Source: Selenomonadaceae bacterium (GTDB lineage Bacteria > Bacillota > Negativicutes > Selenomonadales > Selenomonadaceae). Taken from it: a DNA stretch of 64,000 nt. The notes under the pieces were generated by a model. The model saw nothing but the letters and a program-made list of their open reading frames with translations. It was not told the origin of the DNA and did no database searches. The stretch is taken from NCBI GenBank assembly GCA_017470715.1, contig JAFUYE010000119.1, positions 7,024 through 71,023 of the forward strand, given 5' to 3'. Of this stretch, positions 26,561 through 35,500 are shown piece by piece; the first letter of the stretch is position 1, and each line of letters begins with the position of its first letter. A program made the position numbers and the translations under genes.

Positions 26561-26596
26561 AAAAAAATCCCCTGCCCGAAATTTTTGAGCAGAGGT
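26561..26596 (-). terminator. probable terminator after rplL
   Basis: Minus strand CCTCTGC...GCAGGGG hairpin followed by ATTTTTTTT. Confidence 0.45.
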
Positions 26597-26742
26597 TTAT
26601 AGAAATTTCCATACGCTTGCGTTGTTTGAACGCGGCGATAAAATTTAATTTTCGATAACGTTGCGGATAGCTCCAATTGGATGCAACGTCACGTTGCCGC
26701 TTGTATTTCAGCGAAGTCGCGCAGGTTTCAAGTTCGATTTGA

Positions 26743-27114
26743 TTACTTAATTTCGACGGTCGCGCCGACTTCTTCAAGTTTGGCTTTGAGAGCTTCGGCA
26801 TCAGCTTTCGAGATTTTTTCTTTGACGGGAGCGGGTGCGCCGTCAACCAAAGCTTTGGCTTCTTTGAGGCCGAGACCGGTAGCTTCGCGGACAGCTTTGA
26901 TGACTTTGATTTTTTCTTGACCGACATTGGCAAGAACAACGTCGAATTCGGTTTTCTCTTCTTCAGCTTCAGCAGCCGCCGCAGGAGCCGCCGCCGCAAC
27001 AGCAACCGGAGCTGCCGCGCTGACGCCGAATTTTTCTTCCATCGCTTTGACGAGTTCGCTGAGTTCGAGAACCGTCATGCTTTCAATAGCTTGCATAATT
27101 TCTTCTTTAGTCAT
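26743..27114 (-). CDS. rplL: 50S ribosomal protein L7/L12
   Basis: 123 aa; Ala-rich hinge and the conserved C-terminal domain ([22 protein letters not shown]). Confidence 0.95.
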   Translation of the reverse strand: MTKEEIMQAIESMTVLELSELVKAMEEKFGVSAAAPVAVAAAAPAAAAEAEEEKTEFDVVLANVGQEKIKVIKAVREATGLGLKEAKALVDGAPAPVKEKISKADAEALKAKLEEVGATVEIK

Positions 27115-27136
27115 TGTATTTTAACCTCCGTTTTTT

Positions 27137-27202
27137 AAGGGACAAGTGGTAAGGGAGAAGGGACAAGTTAATTTCTCATTCCAAATTCCACATTCCTAAT
27201 TG
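27137..27202. repeat. composite heptamer arrays (AAGGGAC type, then ATTCCNA type)
   Basis: rplJ-rplL intergenic gap; read directly. Confidence 0.8.
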
Positions 27203-27208
27203 ATTTTT

Positions 27209-27766
27209 TCACGCTGCTTCTTTTTCTTTCTTTTCGCGGATAGCATCAACCACACCGACGAAATTGCGAATAACCGCCGACAGGACGCCGACACAGTTTG
27301 CAATCGGGGCGTTCATGCTGCCCAGAAGTTTTGCGATAAGTTCTTCGCGACTCGGCAAATTCGCCAAAGCTTTAACGCCTTTATCGTCGATAACTTTGCC
27401 TTCGACCATACCGACTTTAATCGTCAGAATGCCTTTGTCTTCGAGCTTGTTTTTCTTCATGAAATCGCAAATGACTTTCGCGGGGGCAACAGCGTCCTCC
27501 GTCGAAAAAGCCATGGCGGTTGTGCCTTCCAAGTGCGAATCGAGACCTTCGATGCCCGCCGCTTTCGCCGCGATACGGAGCATTGTATTTTTGACGACTT
27601 TGTATTTGACGCCCGCCGCACGCAATTCGCGACGCAGTTGCGTATCGGTTGCAACATTGAGAGCATTGTAGCTTGTCAAAACGACGCCTTTGGAATTCGT
27701 GAGCCAATCTTTGATTTCGGCAACGACAGCTTCCTTTTTGGGCGTCACCTTGCTTGTAACTGCCAT
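27209..27766 (-). CDS. rplJ: 50S ribosomal protein L10
   Basis: 185 aa, immediately upstream of rplL; typical L10 N-terminus. Confidence 0.9.
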   Translation of the reverse strand: MAVTSKVTPKKEAVVAEIKDWLTNSKGVVLTSYNALNVATDTQLRRELRAAGVKYKVVKNTMLRIAAKAAGIEGLDSHLEGTTAMAFSTEDAVAPAKVICDFMKKNKLEDKGILTIKVGMVEGKVIDDKGVKALANLPSREELIAKLLGSMNAPIANCVGVLSAVIRNFVGVVDAIREKKEKEAA

Positions 27767-27947
27767 TAAAATTTCACCTCCCTGAGTTTAATGAAAAAAT
27801 CCTTCGACCACACAGACCGAAGGAAATTTTAACGTCAAAGTTTCTTTCGACCTGAGCAAGCACTTTAATCGGCGTGCCGAACTTACTTTCTGTGGTCTTG
27901 AATATTTTTTTGCGATTTATCGGAATATCGGGAACAGTAGCGGAAAT
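27767..27947 (-). promoter_or_regulatory. possible L10 (rplJL) leader
   Basis: ~180-nt untranslated stretch with stem-loops in the position where L10 leaders occur. Not matched to a consensus by eye. Confidence 0.3.
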
Positions 27948-27980
27948 AATTCCTAACTCCTAACTCCTAATTCCTAATTA
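27948..27980. repeat. heptamer array (TAACTCC/TAATTCC)x4
   Basis: Abuts the rplA stop. Confidence 0.85.
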
Positions 27981-28658
27981 AATCTGAATCGGGACGCCGG
28001 GACCCATTGCCGCCGCCAAAGTAATGGAGCGGATGTATTGCCCCTTCGCCGCCGCAGGTTTAACGCGAATCAGCGTATCAAGCAACGTCTGATAGTTTTC
28101 GCGAAGTTTTGCGTCCTCGAAAGATTTTTTGCCAATCGGGCAATGGACGTTGCCTTGTTTGTCGGTACGATACTCGACTTTACCGGCTTTTTGTTCGCCG
28201 ATAGCTTTGGCAATATCCGTTGTGACGGTGCCGAGTTTCGGGTTAGGCATCAAGCCGCGGGGACCCAAAAGTTTACCGAGACGACCGATAATGCGCATCA
28301 TGTCGGGTGTCGCGACAGCAACGTCGAAGTCGAACCAGCCGCCTTGAATTTTGGCAACCAAATCGTCCGAGCCGACATAATCTGCGCCCGCCGCTTCAGC
28401 TTCCTGAGCTTTTTCGCCGGTGACGAAAGCCAAAACTTTTTTCGTTTTGCCGATACCGTGCGGCAGGACAATCGCGCCGCGAACCTGTTGGTCGGCATAT
28501 TTCGGATCAACGCCCAAACGAACGTGCATTTCGATTGTTTCGTCGAATTTCGCCGTAGCGGTTTTCTTCACGAGTTCAACAGCTTCGTCGGCGGAATAAA
28601 ATTTTCCGTCTTCGACAAGTGCCTGAGCTTCGCGGAAACGTTTGCTTTGCTTTGCCAT
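27978..28658 (-). CDS. rplA: 50S ribosomal protein L1
   Basis: 226 aa; canonical L1 sequence and position. Confidence 0.95.
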   Translation of the reverse strand: MAKQSKRFREAQALVEDGKFYSADEAVELVKKTATAKFDETIEMHVRLGVDPKYADQQVRGAIVLPHGIGKTKKVLAFVTGEKAQEAEAAGADYVGSDDLVAKIQGGWFDFDVAVATPDMMRIIGRLGKLLGPRGLMPNPKLGTVTTDIAKAIGEQKAGKVEYRTDKQGNVHCPIGKKSFEDAKLRENYQTLLDTLIRVKPAAAKGQYIRSITLAAAMGPGVPIQI

Positions 28659-28705
28659 TAAAATTTTCCTCCTCGCGGTACAAGCGATAAAATCTCCCGC
28701 GTTGA

Positions 28706-28782
28706 TTAGCTTTTAGCTTACAGCTTTTAGCGAATGAAAAATTGCAATCCTAAAAGCTAAAAGCTACCAGCTGAAAGCTTAA
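28706..28782. repeat. inverted pair of AGCTTTT/AAAAGCT heptamer arrays
   Basis: rplK-rplA gap. The two halves are imperfect reverse complements. Confidence 0.8.
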
Positions 28783-28785
28783 TTT

Positions 28786-29211
28786 TTAAGCGACGATTTC
28801 AATGCCCATTGAACGCGCAGTGCCTTCAATCATGCGTGTAGCTGCCTCGACATCAGCCGCGTTAAGATCTTTCATCTTCAATTCGGCGATTTCGCGAGCT
28901 TTGGCGCGGGGCAATTTGGCAACCTTGTTTTTGTTCGGTTCACCGGACGCTTTTTCGATACCCGCCGCTTTTTTGAGCAGAATTGCCGCAGGGGGCGTTT
29001 TGGTGATGAACGTAAACGAACGGTCTTCGTAAACGGAAATTTCGACAGGGATAATCAAGCCTGCCTGAGAAGCCGTGCGGTCATTGAACTCTTTGACGAA
29101 CGCCATAATGTTGACGCCTGCCTGACCGAGTGCCGGACCTACGGGCGGCGCGGGAGTGGCTTTACCTGCCGGAACTTGCAATTTGACGACCTTGGTAACT
29201 TTCTTTGCCAT
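28786..29211 (-). CDS. rplK: 50S ribosomal protein L11
   Basis: 141 aa; [17 protein letters not shown] motif. Confidence 0.95.
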   Translation of the reverse strand: MAKKVTKVVKLQVPAGKATPAPPVGPALGQAGVNIMAFVKEFNDRTASQAGLIIPVEISVYEDRSFTFITKTPPAAILLKKAAGIEKASGEPNKNKVAKLPRAKAREIAELKMKDLNAADVEAATRMIEGTARSMGIEIVA

Positions 29212-29284
29212 GAGAACACCTCCTTTCGGTGTCGATTAAAATTTTCACGCGACCGAAATTTTCAAGCCGCAGATTTTGCACCGA

Positions 29285-29833
29285 TTAAATTTTTTCGACC
29301 TGACTGACATCCAAATCAACGGGCATGTCCTCAACCAGAACTTTGAGCCGCTGTTTTTCTGCGTCGATACCTTTGACGACCGCGAGCCGATTTTCAAAAA
29401 TGCCGTCGATAATCCGCACGTTGTCATTGATATTGAAGCCCAAAGTATTGTCGATGTCGCGTCCGTCGACCAGTTCCGTCAAAATGCGTTGTGCCTCTTC
29501 GTCGCTGAGCGGAATCGGATCTTTTTCCGAACCGACAAAGCCCGTGACGCCTTGAGTGTTTCGCACGACGAACCAAGAATTGTTGTCGACAATCATATCG
29601 ACCAAGACATAGCCGGGGAAAACTTTTTTCTGGACGAGGCGTCTTTTGCCGTCTTTGAATTCGGATTCTTCGCGCATGGGAACCACAACATCAAAAATCA
29701 CGTTTTCGAGTCCCTGCGCGGCAATTTTGCTGTCCAAAGTCGCCTTAACTTTTTTTTCGTAACCCGAATAAGTATGTACGACATACCAAGCGCGACCTTC
29801 GTGACGTTCAGAGACTGCTTGTTTTTGATCCAT
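29285..29833 (-). CDS. nusG: transcription termination/antitermination factor NusG
   Basis: 182 aa; NGN domain (WYVVHTYSGYEKKV) and a KOW domain. Confidence 0.93.
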   Translation of the reverse strand: MDQKQAVSERHEGRAWYVVHTYSGYEKKVKATLDSKIAAQGLENVIFDVVVPMREESEFKDGKRRLVQKKVFPGYVLVDMIVDNNSWFVVRNTQGVTGFVGSEKDPIPLSDEEAQRILTELVDGRDIDNTLGFNINDNVRIIDGIFENRLAVVKGIDAEKQRLKVLVEDMPVDLDVSQVEKI

Positions 29834-29846
29834 GACAAATTTCCTT

Positions 29847-30059
29847 TCAGCTCAAGAGGATACGGAACAGTTTTGCAAAAGCCGTGTCGCAAACCCAAAT
29901 CAACGCGCAGACAATCACGACCGCCAAACCGACGACGCCCGTATAGGACACCAGTTCTTTTTTTGTCGGCCACGAAACTTTGTTCAGCTCCGTGCGCACC
30001 TCTTTGATGAATTGGATAATGCCTTTTTTTTCGTCCTGTTTCTCCGACAAATTTTTCAC
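29847..30059 (-). CDS. secE: preprotein translocase subunit SecE
   Basis: 70 aa; FIKEVRTELNKVSWPTKKE followed by a single TM helix. Confidence 0.9.
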   Translation of the reverse strand: MKNLSEKQDEKKGIIQFIKEVRTELNKVSWPTKKELVSYTGVVGLAVVIVCALIWVCDTAFAKLFRILLS

Positions 30060-30071
30060 ACTCCCGGCAGA

Positions 30072-30221
30072 TTATTTCGTCTCTTTGTGAGGTGTGTGTT
30101 TCTTGCAGAAACTGCAATACTTTTTCAGCTCGATACGGTCGGGCGTATTTTTTTTGTTTTTGTTCGTCCTGTAGTTGCGGTGTTTGCATTCCGTGCAGGA
30201 CAGCGTAATATTTGTCCTCAT
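30072..30221 (-). CDS. rpmG: 50S ribosomal protein L33
   Basis: Not in the track (below 60 aa). Hand translation gives [57 protein letters not shown]. Confidence 0.9.
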   Translation of the reverse strand: MRTNITLSCTECKHRNYRTNKNKKNTPDRIELKKYCSFCKKHTPHKETK

Positions 30222-30293
30222 GACTGAAGCCTCCGTAAAAATTTTTGTGTATTAACAAAACAAAACCCCTTTGGCAGGGGCATTGATCTCAAG

Positions 30294-30370
30294 TGGTGGC
30301 GGCACACGGATTTGAACCGCGGACACAGCGGGTATGAACCGCTTGCTCTAGCCAACTGAGCTATGCCGCC
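30294..30370 (-). tRNA. tRNA-Met (CAT), elongator type
   Basis: Reverse complement GGCGGCATAGCTCAGTTGG...; anticodon loop TTCATAC; CCA encoded. Confidence 0.85.
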
Positions 30371-30446
30371 TGGAGCTGATGACCAGGATTGAACTGGTGA
30401 CCTTATCCTTACCAAGGATACGCTCTGCCGACTGAGCTACATCAGC
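30371..30446 (-). tRNA. tRNA-Thr (GGT)
   Basis: Reverse complement GCTGATGTAGCTCAGTCGG...; anticodon loop TTGGTAA; CCA encoded. Confidence 0.85.
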
Positions 30447-30448
30447 GT

Positions 30449-30524
<76 letters not shown>

Positions 30525-30560
30525 GCTCACGTTAAGGACGCTTTGTCCATAACGGGGCAA

Positions 30561-30589
30561 ATGCTAACACACAGTTTTAATTCTGTCAA
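30561..30589 (-). promoter_or_regulatory. promoter of the tRNA/rpmG-secE-nusG cluster
   Basis: Minus strand TTGACA, 17-nt spacer, TAGCAT. Confidence 0.5.
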
Positions 30590-30790
30590 GAATTTTTTTC
30601 GGCGATTTGTCAGTGTGCGGTGTTTGTCGTCGAGAATTTCGGTACGTCCATAACTTTTGATTTTGTAAATCTACTTTTTGTTGCTTGCTTAAATGTATAA
30701 AGAAAAGTTGATTCAACAAAGCAATTTGAAATAGGTATGACAAGTTTTCAACAAGCCATAATCCGCATTTAAATCGGCTGCGAAAACTTC

Positions 30791-30818
30791 AAAAAAATCC
30801 CCGTCGTCTTCGACGGGG
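30791..30818 (-). terminator. intrinsic terminator after the 82-aa ORF
   Basis: Minus strand CCCCGTCGAAGACGACGGGG followed by ATTTTTTT. Confidence 0.6.
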
Positions 30819-30843
30819 TGATTTATTTTTCGGCTATGTCTAA

Positions 30844-31092
30844 TCACGCGGCATTGTCCTCTTTCAACACATAGCGCATGTACATCGGAATTTTTTCGAT
30901 CGTCTTGTCCAAACGGGGATTTTTGCGCCACAGATTGTATTTATGCAACTCGGCTTCGGAACGCCCGCTCTTGAAAAATTGATACACGCCCTTGGAAAAA
31001 TCTTGCGTGAACAAGTAATACCGCTTGCCGTTCGAGATAAGATAAAAGTGAAGTTTCTCGTTCAGCTTGTTGACCGTAATTTTGTTTTTCAT
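30844..31092 (-). CDS. hypothetical 82-aa protein (orphan, own terminator)
   Basis: GAGGAG SD ~10 nt upstream and a dedicated terminator. No family recognised. Confidence 0.5.
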   Translation of the reverse strand: MKNKITVNKLNEKLHFYLISNGKRYYLFTQDFSKGVYQFFKSGRSEAELHKYNLWRKNPRLDKTIEKIPMYMRYVLKEDNAA

Positions 31093-31214
31093 ATGGCAAC
31101 CACTCCTCTGAAATAATACTGAAAGATTTTACTTGCTTCGTTATTTTAATCGATAATTTGTCGCTTGTCCATAAGCAAAAAACGAATCTTAACCAAAATT
31201 TAATGGCGTTCCAA

Positions 31215-31238
31215 CAAAAAAACCGCCCGAAGGCGGCT
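31215..31238 (-). terminator. intrinsic terminator after the UbiA-family gene
   Basis: Minus strand CAGCCGCCTTCGGGCGG followed by TTTTTTT. Confidence 0.6.
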
Positions 31239-31253
31239 GAAAATATTTTGAAG

Positions 31254-32099
31254 TCAATCGTAGCTGAGCCACGTGAAAATGAAAATTGCCACAGAAACAA
31301 TTCCGTTACGCATGAAATAAGTCTGAGTTACCTCACGATAATCGCCTGCTCGAACAATCGAATGCTGATAGATTAACGCGAGCGCGGCTATGAAAACTCC
31401 GACAAAATACAAGTTGCCGAGCTTGAGCAGGACGCCGACCGTTACAAAACAAACGATTGAAATCACGTGCAAAATTTTCGCGATAAACAACGCGCCGGCT
31501 TGTCCGTAACGTGTCGCCAACGAATGAAGTTTCTGTGACTTGTCGAATTTTTCATCCTGCGCGCCGTAAACCGCATCGAATGCTCCAATCCACAGCGCGA
31601 CGGCCACGCACAAAATTACCGGCGGCAGAGAAATTTTTTCCGTGACGGCGACCCACGCGCCCGCAGGTGCCATTGCAATCGCCACGCCCAAAAATAAATG
31701 ACACCACGACGTAAATCTTTTCGTAAACGGGTAAATTATGAACGGTATCGCCGCAACGGGCAACAACTTTAAACAAATCGGCGGCAACTGCGCGACCGTC
31801 ACGACCAAAACAATCATGCACAGCAGAATAAAAATCAACGCTTCGGATTTTGAAATTTCGCCGCGAACCATTGCCCGATACGACAGGCGCGGTTGAAGTT
31901 TGTCGTATTTCAAATCGGCAAGGTTGTCGATTGCTATTGCCGCCCAACGCGCCGAAGTTATCGCCAACAAAATCAGAATCACCGTCCGAAAATCGGGGTG
32001 ACCGTCCGCCGCCATGAACGCGCTTGCCAATGCAAACGGCAAACTAAAAATCGTGTGCGGCAAGGCAACGTTTTTGGCATGAGCTTTAAATTTGAGCAA
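31254..32099 (-). CDS. UbiA-family aromatic prenyltransferase
   Basis: Multi-TM protein; Asp-rich NxxxDxxxD-type motif (AIDNLADLKYD). TTG start with an AGGAGG SD. Confidence 0.8.
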   Translation of the reverse strand: MLKFKAHAKNVALPHTIFSLPFALASAFMAADGHPDFRTVILILLAITSARWAAIAIDNLADLKYDKLQPRLSYRAMVRGEISKSEALIFILLCMIVLVVTVAQLPPICLKLLPVAAIPFIIYPFTKRFTSWCHLFLGVAIAMAPAGAWVAVTEKISLPPVILCVAVALWIGAFDAVYGAQDEKFDKSQKLHSLATRYGQAGALFIAKILHVISIVCFVTVGVLLKLGNLYFVGVFIAALALIYQHSIVRAGDYREVTQTYFMRNGIVSVAIFIFTWLSYD

Positions 32100-32155
32100 C
32101 CTGATTCCTCCTTTGCAAAAAATAATTGTTACCCTGAGCGTGTCGGAAAATCAGA

Positions 32156-32375
32156 GGCCGTCACGGATGACGGCCGCCCGCAGTATTTCACGTGATGTGA
32201 AATATGCGGGCACGAGCGGCATGACTTAGCCGACTACTCCGACCGGCGACAACGTAACGCCCGCCGCGCAGGCGTGCCGTTTTCTTTTGCAACTTTTCTT
32301 TTGGGCAAGCAAAAGAAAAGTTGATTCAAAAACTCAAATTCACGATTGCGCCGAATCGAAGCAACAAACTTCATT
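32156..32375 (-). repeat. structured ~200-nt repeat, copy 2
   Basis: Same module order on the minus strand. A 50-nt block (TTGAATCAACTTTTCTTTTGCTTGCCCAAAAGAAAAGTTGCAAAAGAAAA) is identical to copy 3. Downstream stems differ but remain paired. Confidence 0.7.
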
Positions 32376-32577
32376 TGTTTACCGACAACACCTAAAAAAA
32401 ATGAGCCCCTCACGCGAAGAGGCTCTGAACTTGTGTAGGTTTTTGGGTACAAACGCACGCCGCGGGTTCAGTTCGGCACGCGCTTGCAGGGGTAAATCCG
32501 CGGGACGAGGGAGCCGCTCAAAATTTGGGGAGAATCTTAAGTGGAATTCTCGTCCCGAAAGAGGTTCGTGTTACCTA

Positions 32578-35500
32578 TTAAGCTTCCTTAGTCCACTTGT
32601 TGTCGGATTCGGAATCTTTGTCGGTAACGTAAGCTTCGGTGCCGCTGTTGATGAGGAAACGAACATCGTCCGAACCTTCAACAGTCAGGCTGCCGCCGTT
32701 CTTGAAGTTGACGACGACGGAGCTGTCATTAACTTCGGTGCTTGCAATATCGTCAAGCGTGGTGTCGCCGAGCCAGACGATATCGCCTTTGTCGAGGTCG
32801 TAATTCTGAACAGTGTCGTTGCCGCCCGTGACATCGTCGTCGACGCCCTGCAAGTAAGCACCTGCATTGCGGACATAGAAGAACGTGTCTTGACCGTCTT
32901 CGGAGCCGATAAGGACGTTGTTGCCCGCGCCGCCCCACAGGTAGTTGTTGGTGCCTGCGCCGCCGCCGTAAAGCGTGTTGTCGTTGCCGTTACCCGCCAA
33001 AGAGACGTTGGTGTTGGTTTCCGCACTTGCATTGACGACCGCAATACCGCGATAGTATTGTTCGTCAGCGTTGGTGTCAGCCGTGCCGTTCGTGCCGTCA
33101 AGCCAAATATTGGCGTTGGCGATTTCGTTGCCGACATTAAGAGTATCCTGCGCGTTGTCTGCGGAGCTGCCGACGTAGTAGTCAACGTTGCTTGCATAAG
33201 TGAAGGTGTTCGCGCCGGAAGAGTTGCCGATTTTTGCAAGTTTCGTGTCGAAGTCGCCGATTTTGATCTGATAGACTTTGTCGACGCTGATACCGTCACC
33301 TTCGAAGAGCGAAACACGGTTGTTATCGTCGGTGACGAAGTCGATACGTGAGCCGCCGTTTTCGCCCGTGCCGGTGTAAATTGTACCATATTTTTCGAGG
33401 ACGATTGTATCCGCATATTGATTGTCGGGATCAATTTCGGTGCCGAGATTGTGGCTGAAATTGTTAATTGTGTCGAGACCGTCGCTTGCGCCGAAGTAGA
33501 AGGTATGACCCGCAGTAACGGAGCCGTCGCCGCCGGAAATGATGACGTCATTGCCCGCGCCGAGAGAGACTCTCTTGTTCGCGCCTGCCTCTGCACTGCC
33601 GCCGACAGCAACTGTTTCGCGTCCGCTTGTGCCGTAGACATCGGCTTTGCTGTTGTTGCCGAGTTCCAAATAGGTGATGTCTTGATAATTCGTGGGTGCG
33701 TAGTAGCGGCTGAGATGGATTTCGCCGAGATTTTCAGTAACACCTTCGCCGAAGACGAGACGACCTTCGCGTTCCGCAATGTAGAAGTCGGCAATTTCGT
33801 CGTTCGAGGCAACGTCGCCATAGCTGCTATCGTAGCCTTTGCTTTCGTCGTCGGTACGAATAGCCATCCATTTGGTTCCGTTAATGAGAACTTTCGCTTC
33901 ACCGTGCTCCTGTTCAATGGCGTTGCTGGTGTCGTCGAGGAGAATCGAGCCGGTGGAGTCGGTGATTTTGAGGCGGTCATTATCGAACTCAGCTTGATAG
34001 CCTTCACCCGCGATAAGTTCGGTTGCGCCCGCGTTTTTGTCGAAGCCGAAAGTCCAACCCGAAATGGTATCTTTGCCCGCGCTGAGAACGACGGTAATGC
34101 CCGCGTCGCCGGAGTCGGCAGAAACGGTTTCAGCTATGATGGAGTCGTTGCCCGCACCGCCGTTGACGGTATCATTTGCACCGACATAAATCGTGTCGTT
34201 TCCGCTTGTACCGGTAACGTTGTCGCCCGAAGCACCGTTGCGGTCGGAATCGGCAAGAATGAGAGCCGCAGCGTCAAGACCGGAAGCGTCAAGCGCACCG
34301 CCGTTGATGCCCGCGAGTGCCACATTGCGAGGACTGCCGACGATATCGGCGTTGGTGTCCATAACGGCAACTTTCACGAAAAGCGGATCGCTCTGGTCGT
34401 CACCAATCGTGACCATCTTGTTGCCGGTGCCGAAGCCGATTTGGTTACCCGAAGATCTGATATTTTCTTTGGTAATGTCGCTGACGGAATCAATACGCGT
34501 CGCGATAAGAACGTCGCCTTGAGTCGCGTCATAATCTTTAATGGTGTAGCTTGCAGTGTCATAGAAAGCATCTGCACCTGCGCCGCCGGTGACGATGTCA
34601 TTTGCGCCGCCCCAAATGGTGTCGTTGCCTCTGTTGCCTGCGATTGTTGCACGAGTGGTGCCGTCGTGACGAATTTGCGCACCTGCCGTGCCCGCGAAGA
34701 TGCGGTTTTGACCGGTTGCGAGCGCGCCGAGGTAAGCATAACCGCCCGCGTTGCTAAGGTGAACTTCGTGCGAAGCGTCTACTACGCCTTCCGTGCCGAT
34801 TGCAACAGTTGAAGGCACAGTCGAGCCTGTGAGGTCAAGAACAACGTCAAAGACAGAATCACTCTCGTCGGCTTGAATGTTAATCGGAGCCGCGCCGACA
34901 TTCGAGCCCGCAGTCAAAGTGACATGTCCCGCCGTAGCAAGAGCTTCACTGCCGCGAATTTCGATGCCGTTCGGGTTGGAAACTGTGTCATATGTTGTGG
35001 AATCTTCGTTAGCGAAAGTAGCAAGGGTGTTATTAATCGCGCTGGCACCGCCGAGGTTATAGAATCTCGTATAGACATCCGACTTGTTGCCGGCAACAGT
35101 GTCTTCTTCGCTGCCGACGGTCGCGATGTTTTCCCATTGGTCTTCGACGGATTGCAGTTTCTTATAGTTGGCTTCGTCAATGAAGTCGGTCACTGCGCCC
35201 GTGCCGTCAAGCGTGACATACAGGGTTTCGCCCGCGGCAACTTTGACCGCGTTGGAAGAGTCTTCGTTTTTGAAGTGGTAAGTCATACCTGCCGTGCCGC
35301 CCGCAACCGAAACGTCGTCGGTGTTCGTAAGACCCGTGACGGTGACGTTGCTGCCGTCGGTACCAAATGTAATATCCACATTTTGCCCTTCAATGTCTTC
35401 CGCGCCGATTGATGCGCCGTTGACTTCGAAGGTATGTTCGGCGTCGTCGCCGATCGGAGCATAGCTGGCTGTGAAACCGTTAGAATCGCCCGAAACGCTG

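Noticed and set aside
29698-30258. The 186-aa track ORF spanning secE and rpmG.
   Set aside because: It overlaps two well-supported genes (SecE and L33) in other frames and has no SD or recognisable motif.
32234-32458. A small protein encoded within the structured repeat. ORFs 32234..32458 and 37393..38133 both contain LNQLFFCLPKRKVAKE, and copy 1 translates to a similar ...RRALLVRNSE* end.
   Set aside because: The shared peptide only reflects the identical nucleotide block. The copies have no common start or SD. Copy 3 lacks the stop and runs antisense into a real gene. The differences between copies preserve base-pairing rather than codons.
32685-34007. The 440-aa alternative-frame ORF inside the RTX gene, and the other internal ORFs at 34134-36548.
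   Set aside because: These are T/A/S/P-rich low-complexity translations produced by the repetitive GGN/GAY-rich main frame. The main frame carries the RTX motifs.
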